A stretch of DNA of 64,000 nt from Mobula hypostoma (lineage: Eukaryota): assembly GCF_963921235.1 (NCBI RefSeq), contig NC_086097.1, positions 95,916,001 to 95,980,000 on the forward strand, given 5' to 3'. Positions 1 to 12,000 of this stretch are shown here, one piece after another. Numbering within the stretch: position 1 is the first letter of the stretch; the number at the start of each line of letters is the position of its first letter. The position numbers were made by a program, and so were the translations under genes. The notes under the pieces were generated by a model, which was not told where the DNA came from, ran no database searches, and worked only from the letters and a program-made list of their open reading frames with translations.

Positions 1-92
1 TCAGTATAAGAAGGTGAATTTAGAAAAGTATGCACCATACTTGAACATAGATGGGATGGTGAAGCGACTGATTGAATATGAGGATGATGAAT
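1..92 (+). CDS. DRC7: DRC7 coding exon (5'-partial): [30 protein letters not shown]
   Basis: Open frame from base 2; donor GTAAGT at 93; phase 1. Confidence 0.92.
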
Positions 93-3000
93 GTAAGTTT
101 TCATTGTTTTTGAGTTTTTGTCTACTTTCTTTTTTTTATCCTCCTTCAGGAACATGTGAGTGACTTATCCCAGCAACCCAGTTTTACCTTAGGAATTTGA
201 GGTAAAGAGCTGTTCAGATGTTAGGGCATCACACTTGATTCAATTCAGTCCTCATCCATTGTTCATGAGATCATGCATTGACAAACAGGATTGTAGTGAG
301 ATGGTCAACAACAGTCCAGTGCTGGCCACTGTAATTACAACTTTACTTCATAAATGATTGGATATTGACTGATGAACCTTAAAATGATGTGGTTTGTACT
401 TGATTTTCTCCTGATTTGTTTCAAACACTTGATGCATGAGGAAATGAGTAAAACCTACCATAAACAGATTTTCTTACTACAACTGTGTGAATTTTAGTCA
501 GTATAGAAAATTATTTGTCTGGTGTTTGTTCTTCAAAAGGAAGTACATTTTTAAAGTGGAAAAGAATAATATTCCATGGGAGAACAGATTTACAACCCAA
601 ACTTATGAATAAAAACTATTTAATCAAATTGTGCATTATTAACTACATCAGCAAAAGTGAATTGCACACAAGGTTGAATGACCTTTCTCTTTATCGTCCA
701 CAGGTACTACTTTTCTGAAGGTGACAGAGTGGTATGCTAACAGAAAGGATATGCTGGAGAAAATTGAACGTAACATGAAAACTCAGACCATTACAGAGCA
801 TTTTAGAAATGGCCGAACTCTGGCACTTAAAAGTGAGGACAGCACTTAGAAAAGCTTAGAAAGATTAAATATGATAGATAGTAGTTTTCATGGAACAATT
901 AGACAACAACGAGCCCATGTGGTCCTGATATCTTCTGTGTGGTAAATAGTATTTAAGCTTTTTCTGAGTGTGTGTCTGCTTTCCACCATTGACTATATCC
1001 TGTTTAGTGCAGACTGTTTGATACTGCTGTGATGCCAGAACCATTCTGCTAGGTTGGAACATGTGAAGGTGGTCTCCATAAAAATTCTCAGTATTTCAAG
1101 GGACTGAAACCAGGTGTTATGTTTGTTCTTGATAAAAGACAAACTTTGCATGGGTTCTAATGCTAGCACATATTTATTTATAGAACATAGCTTCTAGCCC
1201 CATGCAGAGTGTGTGCGACCAGGTCTCCAGCATCATTTCAGGTTCCAGGTGAACCACCCGCATTGCCCACTGGGAACTGAAGTTCTTTATTATGTACTCA
1301 CATAATAGCATATCTTTTCCCTTTTAAAAAAAGACAAACACCAATATTATGCCCTCATAAACCTGCAAGAAACAATAATGCTTTCCAACAAAGATATTTA
1401 CATTAACTTGAATTGTAATGTCCCTTATTACTCATCAACTCTCAATCAGTCTCTGAGGTGGTTTGATGATCCTTTTTGGTCTGCTTTATGTTTCCACAGA
1501 TGTGTTGCTTTCACTTGCTGTTTTAATATTAGTGTCCATCTGAGAACTCTGAACAAGTTTATGTTTTCACATTTGCTGCCAAGATCATATCTGTTCTTGT
1601 TCTTGCTGTGTGACCATAATTTGCTCTACATGCCTCATAATGGAGCCCTCAGCTACATGTGATCAGTGAGTCTTTGCAGAAGTTCCAACTGATTCTGTCT
1701 CAATTCACAGAGCTCCTTCTGTATACTGTATATCAAAGATAGCATCTCCTCCTTTTGGTTTTTGTTGAACTGTTGCTGTTGTTCTCACCTTTGGATCTGT
1801 GTGGCCACTCCATCTTCCTTTTTTATTTTTCAACTTCGGAGAGGATCGTGGGGATATTTTTGATTTCCAATCTTTAACTGGAAGTCAATGAGAGACAGAT
1901 TTTGAACCAAAGCCACATGATGTGCAAGCAATATTGGCGGCTTATTCATCATGATCACTGTTTAGCACTGGCATCCTGACTGTTATGGAAGGTAGAATTC
2001 TTGTGCTTGTCTTGCATAATCTCCCTGGAGCTCTCGTGGATACTGTTACGAGTTTCTTGAGTTACATCAGGTAAGCATTTGAGCACCCCCTGCTCCCAAA
2101 ACATCTGCATACTCTTCCATAAGTGAGTGTGGTCACCTTTGGACTGTGAAGCCACTATGAAAACTCTTTTCACCTGGTTGAGTTTTCACATGCGCTCAGA
2201 TCTAAAATTGGCTGTACTCACTTTAGGTGCTCTGCTTTATGCTTGAAACTCACTATACAGCCCCCTTTCACAAGAATGTTCTCTCCAGTATAGCCTGTCA
2301 CTTTAAATTTCACTGGGTAAATCTTGCTCTTTACCTTCAGAGTCTTGTAGTTATCAATGGACAACAGATTCACCTGGGCTCCAATGTCAAACTTGAATGA
2401 CTCATTCAGTCACTGGAACAATGTTTTACCAGCACCAGCAATCCACAAAGAATTCCTTCATTTCCTCAGCAACTGTGTGCACTTTTCTGTTGGTAGCCCC
2501 AGCTTTGCAGCACTTTGCAAAATGATTCTTCTTCCCACAATTATTGCAGGACTTTCCATAAGCAGAATACTTCTTTAGAATGTGCTGACGTCTGCATTTA
2601 CTGTTTGAGCCTACCTCTTTGCTTTGCTGTTGCTTTGCAAAATGCCATGTCAGCATGTATTGTTGTTTTTGCCTTGTACAACCCCTTAGCTTATGTTCGT
2701 GTGGATTCTGCTGCCCTGCACATATCCACAGTCTTTTTCAGTGTTAATTTTTTTTTCACAGTAATCTTTCTCTGATCCCATTCCCTGAAGTAACACAAAC
2801 TATTTCGTCTCTAACTACTGAGTTTCTCAAATCTCCAAACTCACAGGACTTATTCATTGTGTGCTAGCTTTGACCAACACCTTGTTTCTTGAAACAGGAA
2901 AATAACTTGTATCTTTCAGAAGTGATATTTTTACTCGGGATGAAAGACTCCTCAAATTTTGTCACCAGAGTGTCCAAAGTAAAGGCTGTCTCATCAATTT

Positions 3001-6000
3001 GAAAGCTGTTAAAGATGTCCAAACCATCTTTGCCAATTACATGTAGCAAGATAGATGCTTTTAATTTTTCCTCTGCCCTGCTGGCTCTGCCTGCTGCTGA
3101 GTATATATTGAATCACAGTTTGAAGCATTTCCAGTTATCTGTTAAATTGGCAGTATACTGCATAGGTGCATGAGGGCTTAGGTTATCCATTACGTGGATT
3201 TTCAATTTCTCTCACTTTATTCTCGTAGTGAACTTCAGGAACAACGTGCTGTGTTGCCATGCTGGCTGCTGATCTCACTTGCTTCTAGCACAGTCTTTTT
3301 CTCCCCCATCAGAATTAACGCGTCTCTTTCTTAGTTGCTTGCGGTATTCATTTACGCTCTGTGCTTAGTCCTCATGCCAACTTCTTACACCATGTTATGT
3401 TTTCTCATGATAAAAGATAAACGTTGCGTGGGTTTTAATGCTAGCACATATTTATTTACAGTACATGGCTTCTAGCACTATAGTGAGCATGTGTGACCAG
3501 CTCACCAACTCAACTTCTAGTTCCGAGTGAACTGCCGCATTGCACACTGAGAATTTAAGTTCTTTATTATGTACTCATATAATAACACACCAGAGACTAA
3601 AGAGCACCAAAATGATTTCAAGAGTTTCTTTTGAGCCCAAAAATAGCGATGCGTTTTGGTTCACATGGAAGAAGAGATGTCTATATTCCACCTCTTTGTA
3701 AGAAGGATTTTGAGGACCATTCCATGGTCTTATTTCCTTGTTCCATCCAGTGGGCTCAGACCCTATGGAGTGACAGTAAGAAGTGGCAGCATTTGTTCCT
3801 CCATGACGCCCTGATGTTCATTTCTTACAGAACATGTCTACCGATCTTCCGAGCCAGAGACCGAAAGGACAATGACGTTCAATGGTAAGCTTCGTGTGGA
3901 TGGGCTCATGAGCAGAGTGGAAACCCCTACTGAGCTGATAGAGCAGTTCAGCAACAGGCCAGATTTCCTCATTTACAGGAACACAGTATTTGCCGGACGA
4001 CAAAAGAAAGTGAAGCTCCCGGGATCTTTTCACTCAAGCTACCGGACCATTCTGGTAAGTAATCCATTTCTTCATCCTCTTTCTCTTCCTATGTTCCCCC
4101 CCTTTATTGCAACTCCCATGAAAATTGTCATTTGCTGTCTCTATGTCTTGATCCTTTTCCAAGTAGTAACTATTTAAGATGTACATGTGCTTAAAAAAAA
4201 ACACATCAACAAGTTACTTAAGATTCGAGGGCATCATAAATGGCAGCTGAGACTGTTGTCAGGCAAAGTATCGCCAGATAGTGGTCCGGAAAAGGGAAGT
4301 GACCTTGTGAGCAGGTCCTAATGAAGGGTTTAGACCTGAAAGCTTGAGCATATAGACATTAAGAAAGAGGTTGTACTGGAGCTTTTGGAAAGCATCAAGT
4401 TGGATAACTCTCTAGGACCGGACAAAATATACCCCAGGCTACTGTGGGAAGCGAGGGAGGAGATTACTGAGCCTCTGGCAATGATCTTTGCATCATCAGT
4501 GGGGATGGGGGAGGTTCCGGAGGATTGGAGGGTTGTGAATGTTGTTCCTTATTTCAAGAAAGGGAGTAGAGATAGCCCAGGAAATTATAAAACAGTGAGT
4601 CTAACTTCAGTGGTTGGTAAGTTGATGGAAAAGATCCTGAGAGACATGATTTATGAACATTTGGAGAGGCATAATATGATTAGGAATAGTCAGCGTGGTT
4701 TTGTCAAAGGCAGGTTGTGCCTAACAAGCCTGATTGAATTTTTTGAGGATGTGACTAAACACATTGATGAAGGTAGAGCAGTGGATGTAGTGTATATGGA
4801 TTTCAGCAAGGTGTTTGATAAAGTACTCCATGCAAGGCTTATTGAGAAAGTAAGGAGGCATGGGATCCAAGGGGACATTGCTTTGTGGATCGAGAATTGG
4901 CTTGCCTACAGAAGGCAAAGATTGGTTGTAGATGGGTCATATTCTGCATGGAGGTCGGTGCCCAGTGGTGTTCGTCAGGGATCTGTTCTGGGATTCCTTT
5001 TCTTCATGATTTTTATAAATGACCTGGATGAGGAAGTGGAGGGATTGGTTAGTAAATTTGCTGATGACACAAAAGTTAGAGGTGTTGTGGATAGTGTGGA
5101 GGGCGGTCAGAGGTTACAGCGAGACATTGATAGGATGCAAAACTGGCTATCCACTCTATCTATTCCTCTTATTATCTTGTACACCTCTATCATGTCTTGT
5201 CTCATCTTCTTTCTCTCCAAAGAGTAAAACCCTAGCTCCCTTAATCTCTGATCATAATGCATCCTGGTAAATCTCCTCTATATCCTTTCCAATGCTTCCA
5301 CATCCTTCCTATAGTGAGGCGACTAGAACCGGACGCGGTACTCCAAGTGTGGCCTAGCTAGTGTTTTATAGAGCTGCATCATTACGTCACAACTCTTAAA
5401 CTCTATCCCTCGACTTATGAAAGCTAACACCCCATAAGCTTTCTTAACTACCCTATCTACCTGTGAGGCAACTTTCAGGGATCTGTGGACATGTACCCCA
5501 AGATCCCTCTGCTCCTCCACACTACCAAGTATCCTGCCATTTACTTTGTACTCTGCCTTGGAGTTTGTCCTTCCAAAGTGTACCGCCTCACACTTCTCCC
5601 GGTTGAACTCCATTTGCCACTTCTCAGCTCACTTCTGCATCCTATCAATGTCTCTCTGCAATCTTCAACAATCCTCTACACTATCTACAACACCACCAAC
5701 CTTTGTGTCGTCTGCAAACTTGCCAACCCACCCTTCTACCCCCACATCCAGGTCATTAATAAAAATCACGAGAAGTAGAGGTCCCAGAACAGATCCTTGT
5801 GGGACATCACTAGTCACAATCCTCCAATCTGAATGTACTCCCTCCACCACGACCCTCTGCCTCCTGCAGGCAAGCCAATTCTGAATCCACCTGGCCAAAC
5901 TTCCCTGGATCCTATGCCTTCTGACTTTCTGAATAAGCCTACCGTGTGGAACCTTGTCAAATGCCTTACTAAAATCCATATAGATCACATCCGCTGCACT

Positions 6001-9000
6001 ACCCTCATCTATATGCCTGGTCACCTCCTCAAAGAACTCTATCAGGCTTGTTAGACACGATCTGCCCTTCACAAAGCCATGCTGACTGTTCCTGATCAGA
6101 CCATGATTCTCTAAATGCCCACAGATCCTATCTCTAAGAATCTTTTCCAACAGCTTTCCCACCACAGACATAAGGCTCACTGGTCTATAATTACCCGGAC
6201 TATCCCTACTACCTTTTTTGAACAAGGGGACAACATTGGCCTCCCTCCAATCCCCTGGTACCATTCCCATGGACAACGAGGACATAAAGATCCTAGCCAG
6301 AGGCTCGGCAATCTCTTCCCTCGCCTCATGGAGCAGCCTGGGGAATATTCCGTCAGGCCCCGGGGACTTATCCGTCCTAATGTATTTTAACAACTCCAAC
6401 ACCTCCTCTTCTTAATATCAACATGCTCCAGAACATCAACCTCACTCATATTGTCCTCACCATCATCAAGTTCCCTCTCATTGGTGAATACCGAAGAGAA
6501 GTATTCATTGAGGACCTCGCTCACTTCCACAGCCTCCATGCACATCTTTCCACCTTTATCTCTAATCGGTCCTACCTTCACTCCTGTCATTCTTTTGTTC
6601 TTCACATAACTGAAGAATGCCTTGGGGTTTTCCTTTACCCTACTCACCAAGGCCTTCTCATGCCCCCTTCTTGCTCTTCTCAGCCCCTTCTTAAGCTCCT
6701 TTCTTGCTTCCCTATATTCCTCAATAGACCCATCTGATCCTTGCTTCCTGAACCTCATGTATGCTGCCTTCTTCCTCCTGACTAGATTTTCCATGTCACT
6801 TATCACCCATGGTTCCTTCACCCTACCATTCTTTATCTTCCTCACCCGGACAAATTTATCCCTAACATCCTGCAAGAGATCTGTAAACATCAACCACATG
6901 TTCATAGTACATTTCCCTGCAAAAACATAATCCCAATTCACACCTGCAAGTTCTAGCCTTATAGCCTCATAATTTGCCCTTCCTCAATTAAAAATCTTCC
7001 TGTCCTCTCTGATTCTATCCTTTTTCATGATAATGCTAAAGGCCAGGGAGCGGTGGTCGCTGTCCCCCAGATGCTCACCCACTGAGAGATCTGTGACCTG
7101 ACCCGGTTCATTACCTAGTACTAGATCTAGTTTGGCATTCCCCCTAGTTGGCCTGTCCACATACTGTGACAGGAATCCGTCCTGGACAGACTTAACAAAC
7201 TCTGCCCCATCTAAACCCTTGGAACTAATCAGGTGCCAATCAATATTAGGGAAGTTAAAGTCACCTATGATAACAACCCTGTTATTTTTGCACCTTTCCA
7301 AATCTGTCCCCCAATCTGCTCCTCTGTATCTCTGCTGCTACCAGGGGGCCTATAGAATACCCCCAACGGAGTAACTGTTCCCTTCCTGTTTCTGACTTCC
7401 ACCCATACCGGCTCAAAAGAGGATCCTGCTACATCAGCCACCCTTTCTGTAGCTGTAATAGTATCCCTGACCAGTAATGCCACCCCTCCTCCCCTTTCTC
7501 CCCCCCCTCTCTATCCCTTCTAAAGCACTGAAATCCAGGAATATTGAGAATCCATTCCTGCCCTGGTGCGAGCCAAGTCTCTGTAATGGCCACTACATCA
7601 TAATTCCATGTATGTATCCAAGCTCTCAGTTCATCACCTTTGTTCCTGATGCTTCTTGCATTGAGGTACAGACACTTCAGCCCTTCTGCCTTACTACCTT
7701 TACACCGTTTATTCTGCTTCTCTTTCCTCAAAGCCTCTCTATATGTTAGATCTGGCTTTACTCCATGCACTTCTTTCACTGCTCTATCGCTCTGGGTCCC
7801 ATCCCCCTTCCAAATTAGTTTAAACCCTCCCGAACCATGCTAGCAAACCTACCTGCAAGGATATTGCTCCCCCTCGAGTTCAGGTGCAACCCATCCAATC
7901 TGTACAGGTCCCACCTTCCCCAGAAGAGATCTCAATGATCTAAAAATCTAAAATCCTGCTCCCTGCACCAACTCCTCAGCCATGCATTCAACTGCCATCT
8001 CCTCCAATTCTTACCATCACTGTCACGTAGCACTGGCAACAATCCTGAGAACGCCACCCTTGACGTCCTGTTCTTCAGCCTTCTGCCTAATTCCCGAAAC
8101 TCACACTTCAGGACCTCATCCCTCTTCCTGCCTATGTCGTTAGTACCAACATGTATCACGACTTCTGGTTGCTTTCCCTCTCGTACCAGGATGTCGTGCA
8201 CCCGGTCAGAGACATCCCAGACCCTGGCACCCGGGAGGCAACAAACCATGCGGGTGTCCTTCTCATGTCCACAAAATTTCCTGTCTGCTCCCCTGACTAT
8301 AGAGTCTCCAATGACGACAGCTCTCCTCTTCTCCGTCCCACCCTTCTGCACCACTGGGTCAGACTCAGTGCCGGAGGCCCTGCCACCGTGGTTCACACCT
8401 GGTCGGTCGTCCCCGCCAACAGTATCCAGGACGGTAAACTTATTATTCAGGGGAATAGCTACAGGGGTTCTCTGCACTACCTGTCTGCTCACTGAACTCT
8501 GAACTCTCTACCTTTGACCTTCCATGTTGTTCCAATGACGCCCACTGTCAGATCAGGAACAACACCTCGTCTTCAGCCTAGATACACTGAAGTCTTTGGT
8601 ACTCATTATTGAATTCAACAATTTCAGATAATAAATATTTACAGTTGTGACAGAACTAGACAGCTCTGATGTAAAGAATTTTTGCACAGTAACTCTTATT
8701 CACTCAATCTACAGTACTGTGCAAAAGTCTTAAGCAAATATATATTTATATAGCTAGGGTGCCTAAGAATTTTGCACAGTACTGTAGTAATTTTATGTAT
8801 TGCACTCTATTGCTGCTGCTGCATAAATGCAAATTTCATGACATATGTGAGTGATGATAAACGTGATCCTGATATGGGTCTCTATTGTGGATGAGAGTGG
8901 GACCAGGGGAATCATGGTGGGGAAAGGGGGAAGGGAGAGGGGAGGGAGTGGGAAGTGCCAGAGAGACATCATGTAATAATTAATAAACCAATTATTTGGA

Positions 9001-12000
9001 ATTAAATGACCTTGCCTGGTGTCTCAGGGCTGGGTGTGTCGGCACTCCTTCTCTGCCACCTGTCCCACACCCCTCCTGTGGTGCTCCACCCTCACCATTT
9101 CCAACATCCTTTGCTCCTGTCAGATTTACAAACTCGCTCTGTGCTCCACATTGACAAATACAGTACTATGCAAAAGTCTTAGGTGCCCTCGCTATGCATA
9201 TGTGCCTAAGCCTTTTGTATAGTATTGTATATTTTCTAATCTAATGTATTTTCAGAGTTTCCTTTTATTTTCAGCAATTGCTCTGTTCTACATGACATAA
9301 TGAGTATTGTTTTCCATTCAATTGTACTCATTCTTCTGTTTACAGTTCATCTAGATACAGTTTACAAATCCACTACAATTTACAAACATTCATTTTCCTG
9401 TCTTAATTGGCATTGAAAGCAATTGAGTCATCCAGACATCCTTGGTTTTCACACTATCATTTATATTCCATCTTCTCTCTCCATTCTTCCTCCTCTCCGC
9501 AAATAAAAACAGATTTATTTTCACACTTTTGATCTTTGGAAAGGGTGATTGTTGATAAAAGGATGAAATACTGACTGTTTCTCTCTGCACAGATGCAGCC
9601 TGACCTGCTGAGTATCTTTAACATTTTCTGTTTCTCTCCAGAAATACCTTTACCACTACAGACAGAACTGCCACAATTTAACTCTCATTGGCTCCACCCA
9701 AGAACCAAACTTACTCTTTATTCTTTGCTCATTTCCCATTTTCTTTGCAACTTAAAACTTCTTGCATTTCGAATTTTTCCTTGATGTGATTAAAAAATCG
9801 TCAGTGCTATCAATCACAGGGTGACACTCCAATGATGCTGCATGACTTGCTGAATATTTTCTGATTTTTTCATCTTTTTGCTTCTCCTTTTTAGAAAATA
9901 ACAGAACGCTTTGCCAGAAACAGAAAAAAGCTAGCCTACGAGGATGTGGCAGAGCAAATATTCCTGATTACTGCAGAGCATATCCAAGTGACATATCATC
10001 GTGAGGATGACAGGATCACATCGGTGAAGAGAGAGTTCATCCTCCCACCAAACCTGATTGAAAAGGATGATGAAGAGGTTAACATGGACCAGATTGTCAT
10101 GACTTTTGAGGTAGAGTCACATGCTGTCTGTATAGTAAAAGCAAAAAGGGTGCCATGTTAGTATAACAGTTGGCGTGATGCTGTTACAGCTTGGGGTGTC
10201 GGACTTCAGAGTTCAGTCCCGGTAAACTGTAAGGGGTTTGTACATCCTCCCTAAAGGAAAGCATGGGTTTCTTCTGAGTGCTCTGGTTTCCTCCCTGAGT
10301 CCGAAGACGTACCAGTTAGTAGGTTAACTGGTCATTGTAAATTGTCCTGTGGTTAGACTAGGGTTAAATCGGGGTTGCTGGTGACGCACCTCGCAGGCCT
10401 ATTCTGTACATCATTCTGATGGAGTAATTGAAACAAAGGGAGGCATAATTTTTAAATACGAGACACAAGAGCATCTACAGATGCTGGAAATCTGGAGTAA
10501 TACACTCAAAATACTGTAGAAACTCAGCGGATCAGGAAGTATCTATGGAGGGAAATGAACAGTCGACATTTCAGGCCAAGACCCTTCATCAGGACTAAAA
10601 AGGAAAAAGGAATAAAAGGATGGGAGGGGGGTGGAGCACAGCTGGCAGGTGATAGGTATGTCCTCATGAGGGGGGTAGATAGGTAGGTGGGGGAGGGAGA
10701 AGGGGGTGAAAGGGAATGATATGAGAAGTTGGGAGATGACAGGTGGAAGTGGCAAAGGGCAAACAAACAACGAATGTAGTAGGAGAGGACGGTAGATGGA
10801 GTAAAGGGGAAGGGGTGAGGAACCAGAGAGAAGTGATGGGCAGGTCGAGGATACTGAGGAGAGGAAAGGGTAGGGATAGCGGGAGCCACAGAATGAGGGA
10901 AAACAGGCAGTTGGAAAACAGGAGAGTGGTTAGATTTAAGGGTTTCAAAATGAATTTGATCCTGGGTCTACCTGGAACTAGGACCTGCTCCTTCATCTGC
11001 CTCCTTTAAACCCACTGGTATTTGAGTTATGACCAAGTTCCAGAAACTTAACCAGTTTTTGAAACTTGTGAATTTTTTTACAGCAAATTCACAGTCAAAA
11101 TTCACTCCCTTTTCTCTAGTCTGGTTTTCATGGCACTTTATTCAAGATTCAAGATTGTTTAATATCTTTTCCTTACACGTGTAAGGAAAATGAAACAATT
11201 GTTACCCTGGATCCAATGAAGCACTTAAAAACACAAAAGATAAAGAACACAATAATAATAATAATATCAAACATATAATAAATATAAATACATACGATAG
11301 CTTTTATACGTAGTTTGATCGTATGTCCATGAAGTGACGCTAAGGTGGCTGATGGGAAATAATAAAGTAGAGGTGTAGATCAGCCTTAATGCTTGGGGAA
11401 AGTAACTGTTTTTGACCCTGGTGTTCCTGGCATGGGTGCTCTGTAGCCTCCTTCCTGATGACAGTGGGGCAGCCCATGAGCAGGGAGTGTGGGATATGAC
11501 ATGTTACTCACCCTTTTCTGGCACCTTTCCATATAAATATCCTTGATGGTGGACAATCTGGTGCCGGTGATGTGTTGGGCAGTTTCGACTACCCATTGTA
11601 GAGCCTTCCTGTCCACTGCTGTGCAATTTCCATACTAAGCAGTGATGCAACTTCTTATGATGCTGTCTATACTGCACATCTGTAGAATGATATGAGTATA
11701 GTTTGCATAGTCCAGCTCTCTTTAGCCGCCTGAGAAGATAGAGGCATTGGTGAGCTTTCTTGACTGTGTAGGATGTGCTCTGGGATCACAGAGGTTGAGT
11801 ATGATGTGCACTTCCAAGAGTTTGAAACTATTTACCGTTTCCACGGCTGTGCTGCCGATGTAAAGGGGGTGTGAATGGTGTGAGTTCTCCGGAAGACCAT
11901 AGGACATAGGAGTAGAATTAGCCCATTTGGTCCATTGAGTCTGCTCCACCATTTAGTCATGGCTGATCTTTTTTTCCCTCCTCAGCCCCATTCCCCAGTC

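Noticed and set aside
5485..8502. Multiple + strand ORFs of 65-122 aa
   Set aside because: Antisense shadows of CR1 ORF1/ORF2
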